Origin: Thermodesulfobacteriota bacterium
GTDB taxonomy: Bacteria > Desulfobacterota > Desulfarculia > JACQYL01
Assembly (NCBI GenBank): GCA_963675595.2
Contig: CAXXLZ010000001.1
Span: 1,184,001 to 1,248,000 of the forward strand
DNA: 64,000 nt
Direction of reading: 5' to 3'
The notes under the pieces were generated by a model. The model saw nothing but the letters and a program-made list of their open reading frames with translations, was not told where the DNA came from and did no database searches. Positions 38,184 through 47,345 of this stretch are shown piece by piece (within the stretch, counting starts at the first letter, position 1; each line of letters begins with the position of its first letter). The position numbers and the translations under genes are program-made.

Positions 38184-38354
38184 ATGAAATGCCCTTTGTG
38201 TTCGGGAAAGGTCACTGTGTGCAGAAAGTGACGTTCCGTCTCCTTTCGCTGCATGGACTGCGGCGCCGAATATTCACTAGGCCAACTGATTCGAAACACG
38301 GATGAAGATGTGGAACAACTGCTTGCCTCCATTCGTGTGGACCGTTTCGACTGA
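38184..38354 (+). CDS. Probable small selenoprotein with CxxC / CxxU / CxxC motifs
   Basis: Manual translation MKCPLCSGKVTVCRK-U-RSVSFRCMDCGAEYSLGQLIRNTDEDVEQLLASIRVDRFD. In-frame TGA at 38229-38231 with a hairpin downstream. Confidence 0.8.
38247..38265 (+). promoter_or_regulatory. Candidate bacterial SECIS hairpin
   Basis: CGCUGCA-UGGAC-UGCGGCG stem-loop with a G-containing apical loop 22 nt after the UGA. Confidence 0.6.
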
Positions 38355-38380
38355 TTCAATCTCCCTTTTTGGACGCGACG

Positions 38381-41374
38381 ATGCATTACCGAATTGAAAT
38401 CGCACTGAAGCCTCACCTGTTTGACGCCGAAGGCATGCAGATCGCCAAAAAAGCCGGTGATTATCTGGGGTTGGAAGTCTCAAACGTACGATCCATCTCC
38501 GTACTCACCTTCGACGTCGGTTTTTCCTCGGATCAAATGGAACGCGCGAGGTCGGAGCTGTTCACCAATCCGGTGACCCAGATATCCTCCTTTTCTCCTT
38601 TGGCCGAGAATTTCGACTGGATTTTGTGGGTGGGACTTCGCCCGGGAGTGCGCGATAACCCGGGCGCCACCGCTCGTGAGGCTTTGGAGGATCTTTTGGA
38701 CGTGCGGCTCGGCCCCCGGGAAGGAGTCTATGCTTCCCGGATGTACGCCGTTCGCGGTCCCTTGGGGCTTTCCGACGCTCGAAAAATGGCCGGTGAGCTG
38801 CTGGCCAACGACATCATACAACAGTGGAAGGTGTTCTCCGGAGATGAATGGGATCCGTCCACGGGCATCGGATTCATCATTCCCAAAGTGCGTCTGGATC
38901 ACACACCCAAAGTGGCGGTCATACCCGTTGGGGCGACCGAGGAACTGCAGCGGACCAGCATCGAACGCAACCTGGCCTTAAATCCAAGAGACATCCCCAC
39001 GATTCGGAATTACTTCCTGGACTCGAGGGTGCTGGAGGAAAGAAAAAAAGTCGGTTTGGCCGAGCCCACGGACGTGGAGATCGAATACATTTCGCAGGCC
39101 AGAAGCGATCACTGCAATCACAATACCTTTCATGGTCTTTTCCACTACGTGGATCTGGAGTCGGGCGAACGCTCGATTGTGAACGACTTGTTCAAGAGCT
39201 GCATTCAAAGGCCCACCCTGGAAATTCAGAAGGAAAAGCCTTGGGTGATTTCCGTGCTGTGGGACAATGCCGGCGTCGCCGCACTGGATGAGGAGTTCTA
39301 CTACACGATCACCGGCGAGACGCACAACAGTCCTTCGAACATGGAAGCCTACGGGGGTTCGCTGACGGGCATCGTGGGCGTTTACCGCGACCCCATGGGG
39401 ACCGGGCTGGGTTCGAGATTGGCGGCGGGCATGTACGGATTTTGTGTGGGACATCGGGACTATGACGGCCCGTTGAAACCCCGCCTGCATCCGCGCCGAT
39501 TGTTGGACGGCGTCATCGAAGGAGTTCGAGACGGCGGAAACAAAAGCGGGATCCCCACTCCGTACGGTGCGGTCTACTTTCACGACGGTTACATCGGCAA
39601 GTGCTTGGTTTTCGTCACCGCCATAGGTGTCATGCCCGCGCGGGTGAGCGGTCGGGAGTCGGAAAAGAAAAAGACTTCGCCCGGAGACCTCATCGTCATG
39701 GTGGGGGGACGTGTGGGTAAGGACGGGATCCACGGCGTTACCGCGGCTTCGGAAGGATTCAGTGAATCCACGCCGGCTGGTCATGTGCAGATCGGGGACC
39801 CGTATACTCAGAAGAAAATGCACGATTTCCTGTTGGAGGCAAGAGACGAGGGACTCATCCGGTTCATTACGGACAATGGCGGCGGCGGCCTATCCTCCTC
39901 CATAGGTGAGTCCGCGCGGTTCAGCGGCGGATGCGAAGTGGATTTGGACAAAGTACCGCTGAAATACGAGGGGTTGGACCAGTGGGAAATCTGGGTTTCC
40001 GAGTCCCAGGAACGGATGACCGTAGCCGTTTTGCCCGAGCACGAAGCGCGTTTTATGGAGCTCAGTCGGAAACATGCGGTGGAAAGCACGGTGATCGGAC
40101 GTTACGATTCCGGCGGCAAACTCCATATCAGATATAACGGCGAGACGTGCGCCTATGTCGACATGACGTTTCTGGAGAGCGAGTTTCCCCAATGGGAGTT
40201 CGAAGCCGAGTGGAGGTCCCCGCGACTTCGAGGTTTCACGGAGCCGGTCTTAGGTCCCGTGACGGATACCGAAGGGTTTCTCCTCCATATGTTGTCTCGT
40301 CCCAATATAGCAGATAAGGGGTGGATCACGCGGCAGTACGACCATGAGGTGCAGGGAACCAGCGTTATCAAGCCTCTGGTGGGTCGGAAATGCGATGTTC
40401 CATCGGATGCCTTCGTGATTCGGCCGGTGTTGGAAAGGCATGTGGGACTTGCGGCGGGACAGGCCGTCAATCCCGCCTTGTCGGCCATCGACGCATACCA
40501 TATGACCACCAACGTCATCGATGAAGCGGTAAGGCGAATCCTGGCCGTGGGAGCGGACCCGGAACGTATCGGAGGTGTGGATAATTTCTGCTGGCCCAAT
40601 ATCCAGTTCCATCCCACGGACAATCCGGACGGAAAATTCAAAGCGGCCCAACTGGTGCGCGCCAACTGGGCGCTGAGGGATATCTGCTTGTCGTACCGAA
40701 TTCCGCTTCTCTCCGGTAAGGATTCCATGTACATCGACGGCATGATCGAGGGTCCTTTCGGCCGGCGCCGCAAGATCTCCGGGCCCGAGACGCTGCAATT
40801 CACCGCGAGCGGGACGGTGCCCGATGTCCGTCGTTGCACGACCATGGATTTCAAGTTCCCCGGCGACTTGATTTACGTGGTCGGTCTGACGAGAGATGAA
40901 CTGGGCGGGTCCGAGTTTTACGACATACACGGGGACCATGGATTGAACGTTCCCGTGGTACGTCCCGATGAATTCCTCCCGGCTTACCGTGCCTTGCACG
41001 AGGCTATCCTGAAAGAACTGACACCGTCCGTTCATGGGATTTACCGTGGCGGCCTCGCCGTGCATCTCGCCCTGTGCTGCATGGGCGGCGAACTAGGAGC
41101 GGATTTCGATCTGGACGGCTTGCCTGCAGAGGGAGGGCTCAAGGACGACGTGCTCTTGTATTCGGAAAGCGCCGGTCGATTCATTCTGACCGTGGCACCC
41201 GACCGACAACGTGAATTCGAAAGGCTGTTCAGGGGGATTCCCTGTTTTCTCGCGGGACACGTTACATCCGAGGATTTCCTGACCATTCGGGGAGCTCACG
41301 GCAGAGTTCTGCTCCGTGTTCCAGTATCTGATTTGAAATCCTCCTGGAAATCTCCGTTTGGAGGGCTGATCTGA
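38381..41374 (+). CDS. purL: Phosphoribosylformylglycinamidine synthase PurL with N-terminal PurS-like domains
   Basis: SDHCNH, ETHNSPS, GKDGIHG, VQIGDP, SESQERM, RQYDHEVQ, DNFCWP and SGKDSM motifs. Confidence 0.95.
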   Translation: MHYRIEIALKPHLFDAEGMQIAKKAGDYLGLEVSNVRSISVLTFDVGFSSDQMERARSELFTNPVTQISSFSPLAENFDWILWVGLRPGVRDNPGATAREALEDLLDVRLGPREGVYASRMYAVRGPLGLSDARKMAGELLANDIIQQWKVFSGDEWDPSTGIGFIIPKVRLDHTPKVAVIPVGATEELQRTSIERNLALNPRDIPTIRNYFLDSRVLEERKKVGLAEPTDVEIEYISQARSDHCNHNTFHGLFHYVDLESGERSIVNDLFKSCIQRPTLEIQKEKPWVISVLWDNAGVAALDEEFYYTITGETHNSPSNMEAYGGSLTGIVGVYRDPMGTGLGSRLAAGMYGFCVGHRDYDGPLKPRLHPRRLLDGVIEGVRDGGNKSGIPTPYGAVYFHDGYIGKCLVFVTAIGVMPARVSGRESEKKKTSPGDLIVMVGGRVGKDGIHGVTAASEGFSESTPAGHVQIGDPYTQKKMHDFLLEARDEGLIRFITDNGGGGLSSSIGESARFSGGCEVDLDKVPLKYEGLDQWEIWVSESQERMTVAVLPEHEARFMELSRKHAVESTVIGRYDSGGKLHIRYNGETCAYVDMTFLESEFPQWEFEAEWRSPRLRGFTEPVLGPVTDTEGFLLHMLSRPNIADKGWITRQYDHEVQGTSVIKPLVGRKCDVPSDAFVIRPVLERHVGLAAGQAVNPALSAIDAYHMTTNVIDEAVRRILAVGADPERIGGVDNFCWPNIQFHPTDNPDGKFKAAQLVRANWALRDICLSYRIPLLSGKDSMYIDGMIEGPFGRRRKISGPETLQFTASGTVPDVRRCTTMDFKFPGDLIYVVGLTRDELGGSEFYDIHGDHGLNVPVVRPDEFLPAYRALHEAILKELTPSVHGIYRGGLAVHLALCCMGGELGADFDLDGLPAEGGLKDDVLLYSESAGRFILTVAPDRQREFERLFRGIPCFLAGHVTSEDFLTIRGAHGRVLLRVPVSDLKSSWKSPFGGLI

Positions 41375-42213
41375 TGACCGCACCTGTTCGAGCTCTGGTC
41401 CTGACGGGTTATGGTATCAACTGTGATCATGAAACCGCATACGCTCTCAGACTGGCGGGAGCCGCTCCGGAGCGGGTCCACATCAACGAGCTGACGGGGC
41501 CCACGGGAGACCGCGGCAAGAAGCTCGCCGATCATCATATGTTGGTCTTCGACGGTGGATTCAGTTGGGGGGACGATCACGGCGCCGGTGTTCTTCTGGC
41601 GGCCCGCCTAAGAACCCACATAGGGGAGGAAATCCTTCGTTTTTTGGCTGACGGAAAACTGGTGTTGGGCATCTGCAACGGCTTTCAGGCTCTGGTCAAT
41701 CTGGGTTTGCTTCCCGGAATCGCCGGAGATTACACGAAACGGTCGGTGGCTCTGACCTGGAACGACTGTGGAAACTTCCAGGACCGATGGGTTCGCATGA
41801 CCGTGAATTCGCAATCTCCCTGCGTTTTCACTCAAGGCTTCACCGAACTGGAACTGCCGATTCGACATGGCGAGGGGAAGCTCGTGGCGGAGGAAAGCAT
41901 CCTGGACCACATGGAAACCGAGGGGCAGATCGTGCTGCAATATGCCCGCGAGGACGGTTCCCTCGCCGGAGGTGTCTTTCCGGACAATCCCAACGGCTCT
42001 CTGCGCGACGTGGCGGGAATCTGCGATCCCACGGGAAGAGTATTCGGCTTAATGCCCCACCCCGAAGCCTATAATCACCTGACGAACCATCCCCGATGGA
42101 CGTGGGATGCGGAGCTGAGGCGGCGAAGAGGTGAGGCCCTCACCTCCGAGGAGGGCATCGGCATACAGCTCCTGCGCAACGGGGTGGAATACATCAAGCG
42201 AAACCTCATATAG
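41374..42213 (+). CDS. purQ: FGAM synthase glutaminase subunit
   Basis: GINCD.ET, GGFSWGD, LGICNGFQ, RHGEG and GLMPHPE motifs. Confidence 0.95.
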   Translation: MTAPVRALVLTGYGINCDHETAYALRLAGAAPERVHINELTGPTGDRGKKLADHHMLVFDGGFSWGDDHGAGVLLAARLRTHIGEEILRFLADGKLVLGICNGFQALVNLGLLPGIAGDYTKRSVALTWNDCGNFQDRWVRMTVNSQSPCVFTQGFTELELPIRHGEGKLVAEESILDHMETEGQIVLQYAREDGSLAGGVFPDNPNGSLRDVAGICDPTGRVFGLMPHPEAYNHLTNHPRWTWDAELRRRRGEALTSEEGIGIQLLRNGVEYIKRNLI

Positions 42214-42231
42214 TTTTTCGGGAGGTATGAC

Positions 42232-42954
42232 ATGTCCGCCAATACCCTCACTTTTTGGGGCCATGCGTTTTTTGAGATCATCACCGCGCCGGGCAAACGA
42301 ATCCTGTTGGATCCATGGGTTGTGGGCAATCCCCTTTGTCCATTGGAAGGCATCGAAGACCTGAATCCGGACCTTGTACTGGTGACCCACGATCATGCGG
42401 ATCACGTGGGACAAGCGGGAGAGATCGTCGGACAAAGCAATGCCGTGCTCATCGCCAACGTGGAAACCGCTGCGCGAATCATGCGGGATTCCGAACTCCC
42501 ACCGGAACGGGTTCTCTTCGGGGGCTACGGAATGAACATTGGGGCCACGGTGGAAATCGACGGCATTCGTGTGACCCAGACTCAAGCCTTCCATTCCTCG
42601 AGCACCGGAGTCGCAACCGGATACATCATCCGTCTCGAGGACGGCGCCACTGTTTACCACGCCGGCGACACGGGATTGTTTGCGAGCATGAAGGTTCTCG
42701 CGGAAACTCACGGAATCGACACGGCCTTGCTTCCCATCGGAAACGTGTTCACCATGGATTCGGTCCAGGCCCTCAAGGCCGTGGAACTCATCCAACCCAA
42801 GCTGGTGATCCCGATGCATTACGGAACGTTTCCGATCTTGACTTCCACCCCGGACGAATTCATCGCGGGCGTCGAGAAAGAGTTTACCCAGGTGGAGGCA
42901 ATGGGGCTCAAACCGGGGGAAAGCATTGAAGTCCTTGGAAAGTCAATGAAATAA
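42232..42954 (+). CDS. Metal-dependent hydrolase (UPF0173-like MBL fold)
   Basis: GHA, LLDPW, THDHADH, YHAGDT, LLPIG and PMHYGTF motifs. Confidence 0.88.
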   Translation: MSANTLTFWGHAFFEIITAPGKRILLDPWVVGNPLCPLEGIEDLNPDLVLVTHDHADHVGQAGEIVGQSNAVLIANVETAARIMRDSELPPERVLFGGYGMNIGATVEIDGIRVTQTQAFHSSSTGVATGYIIRLEDGATVYHAGDTGLFASMKVLAETHGIDTALLPIGNVFTMDSVQALKAVELIQPKLVIPMHYGTFPILTSTPDEFIAGVEKEFTQVEAMGLKPGESIEVLGKSMK

Positions 42955-42997
42955 AGACATCCGATACACGGGCGATCTTTCGTATCCGGTGATTCCG

Positions 42998-44893
42998 ATG
43001 TTTTCAAATCTCGTCAGACCTGAGAGATTCCTCGAAGTTTTGGCCCTCTTAGGTCTTTTTCTCTTCTGCCCCCTACCCTACCTTGTGGCGGGTACTCCTC
43101 CCGCACCCGAATCGCAGTTGTATGATGCGGTCAAGTCGCTTCCCGGACTCACGACCCGGCGGATCCAAGAATTGTCCGCAGACCTGAGGCGGAGTTTTTC
43201 CAAAGAAGTCGGGACGGGCGAAACCTTTTCCAACGAGGAACTGGAACTGGTGGGCTCCGTTGTTGACTACGGTCTGTTCAACGAAGTGGATTCCAGGATT
43301 ATCTCGTTGGCGGCGCGGAAAGCATGGGCCGCAAGTAAATTGGGCGCCCCGACCGAAGAGCTGGAAGAACTTTCCGAGGTACTCTTTATGCTTCCGGGCG
43401 CCGGCGTGGCAGAGGTCGCGGCGGCCTCCGGAGCACTCCGGACTTTCAAATCATCTCCCGTGCCCGCATCCGTGTATACCGAGGTGATCAATCATGCTTT
43501 GGAACGTTCCTGGAGACCGGTCGAGATACAGGGAGTGTCCCGAGGCATCGTCCATGCCGTGGAACTGGGATTGAATCCGGAGAAAGCCGCTCTATCCATG
43601 ATGATTCGTGTGGATCAGGGATTGGACGGCGTCTCTATGGAGCGCATGGTTGAAGAAGAACTCTCTTTCATTCGGAGCCTCGAACAGCCTCTCACATCTT
43701 CGTCTCCCGGTGATTTCGAGTCGTCTGCAGGCTCCCTCCCGGCCGGTGTTGCGGCCTTTCAGGGGATGGGCACGGCCATTGAAGCGGGTGTGCCCTCTCA
43801 GCTTGCCGCGGAGGTCGCCCAGGCGGCAATTGAGCGTCACTGGTCGGGGGAGGCAATCCGGGCCATATTCGAAGGTTTGATCCGGGCACGGAGGCTCGGC
43901 CTGACTTTGGAGAGGTTGGCCGTGGCTTTCATGATCCGAATGGATCAAGGACTTGAAGGGGTCCCTCCGCGCCGGATGGTGGAGGAAGAAGTGGAGTTCG
44001 TCCGTGGGATGGAAGCGGAAAAACTGAAAAGACTCCACAAATTTCAAAAACCCATTCGGGACGAGGTTTCTTACGATGTCTCTCGTTACGATAGAGCTTT
44101 TCCGGAGCTGAGAAGCGGAAGAAGAGGGCTTGATGCGGAACTCGCATCGATCCGGCTTGAGGATGCCCGAATCAGTCTCCAGAGGGAAGGAGAAGAGGAG
44201 GCCGTGGAGGAGACTGGAATTCCGGACTCCACTCCTCCCTCCGCGGGACCGGAAGCCGCGTCGAAAGAAGCCGAAGTCGACGCCGGTCCACCGCCGACGA
44301 CCGGCGAGGACGAAGGCAAAGCGCGGTCGGAGAAGACATTGGTGGATGAGGGAGCTGAGGGCGCCGGGACCCCTGAAGCCGATCAGCCGGAACAACGGAA
44401 AGTACAAGTCGAAACCGACGTCGACAAGGCTGTTGAAGCTCCCCCTCCCCCCCGGTTCGTCTCCGCCGTCCCCGACGACCTTGTGGGGCAAGTCTACGGC
44501 GAGCCTGCAAAGGACTCCGCCGAGTCCTTCATGGTTCCTCCCCCTTCAACACCTTACCGATGGGGAGGGAACACCCGAAGGGGTGTGGACTGCTCCGGAT
44601 TCACCAAGACGATCTTTCAGGAGCAGGGAATTCTCATCCCACGGGTATCCCGCCAACAAGCCGAGATGGGCGCTCCGGTGGATATCGACTCTCTGCGCTT
44701 CGGTGACTTGGTGTTTTTCAACAAAGGGGGAAAAGGACGAATCACCCATGTGGGCATGTATTACGGAAACGGGAAATTTGCCCACGCGACCTGCAGCAAG
44801 GGGGTCACGATCAGTCGATTCTTCAAAAACTACTATCAGACCCGCTTCGTCTGCGCGAGACGTATTACGCGCGTCGTATTCGTTGAGCCGTAG
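42998..44893 (+). CDS. Exported NlpC/P60 (C40) peptidase with repeated helical N-terminal domains and acidic linker
   Basis: Signal peptide. TPYRWGG...DCSGF, PRVS..Q, GDLVFF, HVGMY and FAHA motifs. Confidence 0.88.
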   Translation: MFSNLVRPERFLEVLALLGLFLFCPLPYLVAGTPPAPESQLYDAVKSLPGLTTRRIQELSADLRRSFSKEVGTGETFSNEELELVGSVVDYGLFNEVDSRIISLAARKAWAASKLGAPTEELEELSEVLFMLPGAGVAEVAAASGALRTFKSSPVPASVYTEVINHALERSWRPVEIQGVSRGIVHAVELGLNPEKAALSMMIRVDQGLDGVSMERMVEEELSFIRSLEQPLTSSSPGDFESSAGSLPAGVAAFQGMGTAIEAGVPSQLAAEVAQAAIERHWSGEAIRAIFEGLIRARRLGLTLERLAVAFMIRMDQGLEGVPPRRMVEEEVEFVRGMEAEKLKRLHKFQKPIRDEVSYDVSRYDRAFPELRSGRRGLDAELASIRLEDARISLQREGEEEAVEETGIPDSTPPSAGPEAASKEAEVDAGPPPTTGEDEGKARSEKTLVDEGAEGAGTPEADQPEQRKVQVETDVDKAVEAPPPPRFVSAVPDDLVGQVYGEPAKDSAESFMVPPPSTPYRWGGNTRRGVDCSGFTKTIFQEQGILIPRVSRQQAEMGAPVDIDSLRFGDLVFFNKGGKGRITHVGMYYGNGKFAHATCSKGVTISRFFKNYYQTRFVCARRITRVVFVEP

Positions 44894-44990
44894 TCCGATC
44901 CGACGAGGTCGAAGAATTCCGGTCGGCTACCCGTCCCCCTCTCCCACCAGAGGTTTCCCGTTTTGTAGGTGGTTCCTTGTGAGGATCGGC

Positions 44991-46976
44991 TTACCAATCG
45001 GGAGCCGGAAACACCGGAGACAGGACGTAGTTTTCCGTGGCGCCCGATGTAGGAGTCAATTGCATCACATACTGATTCCCGCTGCTAGGGGAAACGGTGA
45101 GGGAATATCCCTTACCGGCGAGGTCGGACGGGACATCCAGAGATGTGGCCGCGTCTGGGACCAGAAAAACCGTCCACTTAACCAAGTCCGGCGTGAAAAT
45201 CAATATGGCCGAGCCCACCTCGTAATTTTGCATGTAGAGGTTGTTGGGAGCGGTTCCCGCAGCCTCCTTGTAGATTCCGTCTCCCCACGGCGAATTCGCC
45301 GAAGCGGCGAAAACCCTTTGCAGGGACCATGTGGACGACGTCCCGTCGCCGTAATCCAAGGTCGCGGCCGCCGAGTCGTCGCTCAGGAAGTGAAGACTTA
45401 GAGTGCGGCCCATTCCCGTCAGGTCCTGGAATTGACTGACCCCGTCCGCCCAGTCGGAATCGATGAAAACGTACCACTTCGCCAGATCCGGAGTCAGAAT
45501 GACCAGGACCGAGCCCGCAGTGTACGTCTGGATATACGCGTTGATGGTCACAGCGGCGTCTTTGAACAATCCGTCCACTTTCGTGGCTTGCCCTGCCGGA
45601 ACTACGTTGATGGTCACATCGTCCGTCGCTTTGTTCCCCGAGGAGTCGGTAACCGTCACTCGGAACACGAGCGTCGCGGTATCGGCGGGAGCGGTGAAAG
45701 ATGATCGAATTTCGTCGGGATCGGACAAAATGACCGCCGTGCCCGCCGTCTGCAGCCATCCATAACTCACAATGTCATTGTCCGGATCGCTGGAGGCGGA
45801 TGCATCCAATTGCACCACGGACTCCGGAAAGACGGTCAGGTCGGGGCCGGCATCCGCTACGGGGGGCTCTCCCGTTATGCTTTGTACGATCGTCACACCT
45901 ACCGAATCCGTTGACGAAAGGCCGTCGGGATCCGTAACCGTCAACCGGAAATACAGGACCGTTCCCGAAAGGCCTGCGAGGGGAGCCGTAAACGTGGGCG
46001 TGGAGGCGGTGGCGTCGGAGAGGATCACGAGGACCCCACCCGTTTGTTCCCAAAAGAACGTCAGAGAATCCCCGTCCGGATCCGAAGAGCCGGAACCGTC
46101 CAGTTGGACCGTCGAATTTTGCGCCGCCGTGAAATCCGTTCCCGCATTCGCTGTAGGCGGTTGGTTTTCGGAGTCCTGCACCACCTCGACCTGCATTTCG
46201 TCGGAGTCCGACAGGCCCCCGTCATCCGTAACCGTGATGCGGAAATCCATTGAAGACCCCTCCGCCTCTACTTGGGGAGCGGTGAAACTCGCACTGACGG
46301 TACTCGCGTTGTTCAGTTGTACGGAAGGCCCAGCGATCTGTTCCCACAGGTAGGCAACGATGGCGCCGTCGGAATCCGTACTGCCCGATCCGTCCAATGT
46401 TACTTGGGAGCCCGAAACCACCGTCCTGTCCGGACCGGCCGCGGCGACGGGCGGAAGATTACCCGATGGATCCACCAGCAGGGCGTCCCCAATGGTGTCT
46501 ACGACCAATGGCGTTCCCTTGGAGACCAGGACCTGGACGTCGTTGAGGTCCAACAGACCACCCTCTTGAGAGATAACGGTGAAGGAGACCGTGGCCAAGG
46601 TGCCCGAGCCGTTGGGACCTGCCGGATCTTTCGGATAGCCGACGGCGGAAAACAGGACGTAGCCTTCGTCGTCCTCGACAACCGGAAACGGAAGAGTCGA
46701 TTTCCCGGTGCTTCCCAGGAAAGGCCCCAAAGTCACTTGATCTTCCCCCGTTACGGAAACCACACCCGGGTCGTAATCGATTCGGAATTCGAATCCTCCC
46801 AGGTCCGTAACGCCCTCGATGACGACATCCACATCGAAGGAGCTTTGCGCCGCCGGCAGGATGACCGAGGCCGGTTCCAGGCGTACGGTCAAAGCACATA
46901 CGGATCCAGCCCCCATCCAGAGAAGAAGCATGAGGAGACAAAGCCCTCGGACAACCCAAGGTTGGAAGAATTTCAT
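44991..46976 (-). CDS. Secreted protein: cohesin-like domain, three PKD-like domains, duplicated C-terminal module
   Basis: Signal peptide. DLGGFEFRIDYDP...GSGTLATVSF (cohesin) and three PP(V/T)A.AG.D...LD(G/A)S.S.D repeats. Confidence 0.82.
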   Translation of the reverse strand: MKFFQPWVVRGLCLLMLLLWMGAGSVCALTVRLEPASVILPAAQSSFDVDVVIEGVTDLGGFEFRIDYDPGVVSVTGEDQVTLGPFLGSTGKSTLPFPVVEDDEGYVLFSAVGYPKDPAGPNGSGTLATVSFTVISQEGGLLDLNDVQVLVSKGTPLVVDTIGDALLVDPSGNLPPVAAAGPDRTVVSGSQVTLDGSGSTDSDGAIVAYLWEQIAGPSVQLNNASTVSASFTAPQVEAEGSSMDFRITVTDDGGLSDSDEMQVEVVQDSENQPPTANAGTDFTAAQNSTVQLDGSGSSDPDGDSLTFFWEQTGGVLVILSDATASTPTFTAPLAGLSGTVLYFRLTVTDPDGLSSTDSVGVTIVQSITGEPPVADAGPDLTVFPESVVQLDASASSDPDNDIVSYGWLQTAGTAVILSDPDEIRSSFTAPADTATLVFRVTVTDSSGNKATDDVTINVVPAGQATKVDGLFKDAAVTINAYIQTYTAGSVLVILTPDLAKWYVFIDSDWADGVSQFQDLTGMGRTLSLHFLSDDSAAATLDYGDGTSSTWSLQRVFAASANSPWGDGIYKEAAGTAPNNLYMQNYEVGSAILIFTPDLVKWTVFLVPDAATSLDVPSDLAGKGYSLTVSPSSGNQYVMQLTPTSGATENYVLSPVFPAPDW

Positions 46977-47345
46977 ACGCTGGTACTCCCTTGGACGGGA
47001 AAACGCCGGAAACCGACACCGGAGCCGATACGCCGAGCAAACAATGCGAGGTGAATAACCGTCAGGATATCATCTCCACCGACTTGAGGCAATCACATCC
47101 CTTCCGGTCACTTCGCCTCCCGTAACGGACAGGCGCGGGTTCGAAGCGGCAAAGCGGAGCCCTCCGGATACGTTCATTCCCTTTACCCACGAAATGCTTT
47201 CTGCTATAGAATCCGCGCATTCGTCGACCTAACTCACACCATCGGCCGACGGCCGGCGGACTCCCGAGATCGAGTGAAGCGCGTTCTTCCGAACCGTCTT
47301 GAATCGGTACTCCATACTTTGCCCTCGAAAAGGTAGTAAAAAAAC

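Noticed and set aside
38381-41374. Unusually long PurL
   Set aside because: Explained by N-terminal PurS-like fusions with a separate PurQ, a known arrangement.
44130-45401. 423-aa alternative-frame ORF, and the many long antisense ORFs elsewhere
   Set aside because: Shadow ORFs expected in GC-rich coding DNA. They overlap well-supported genes and show no motifs.
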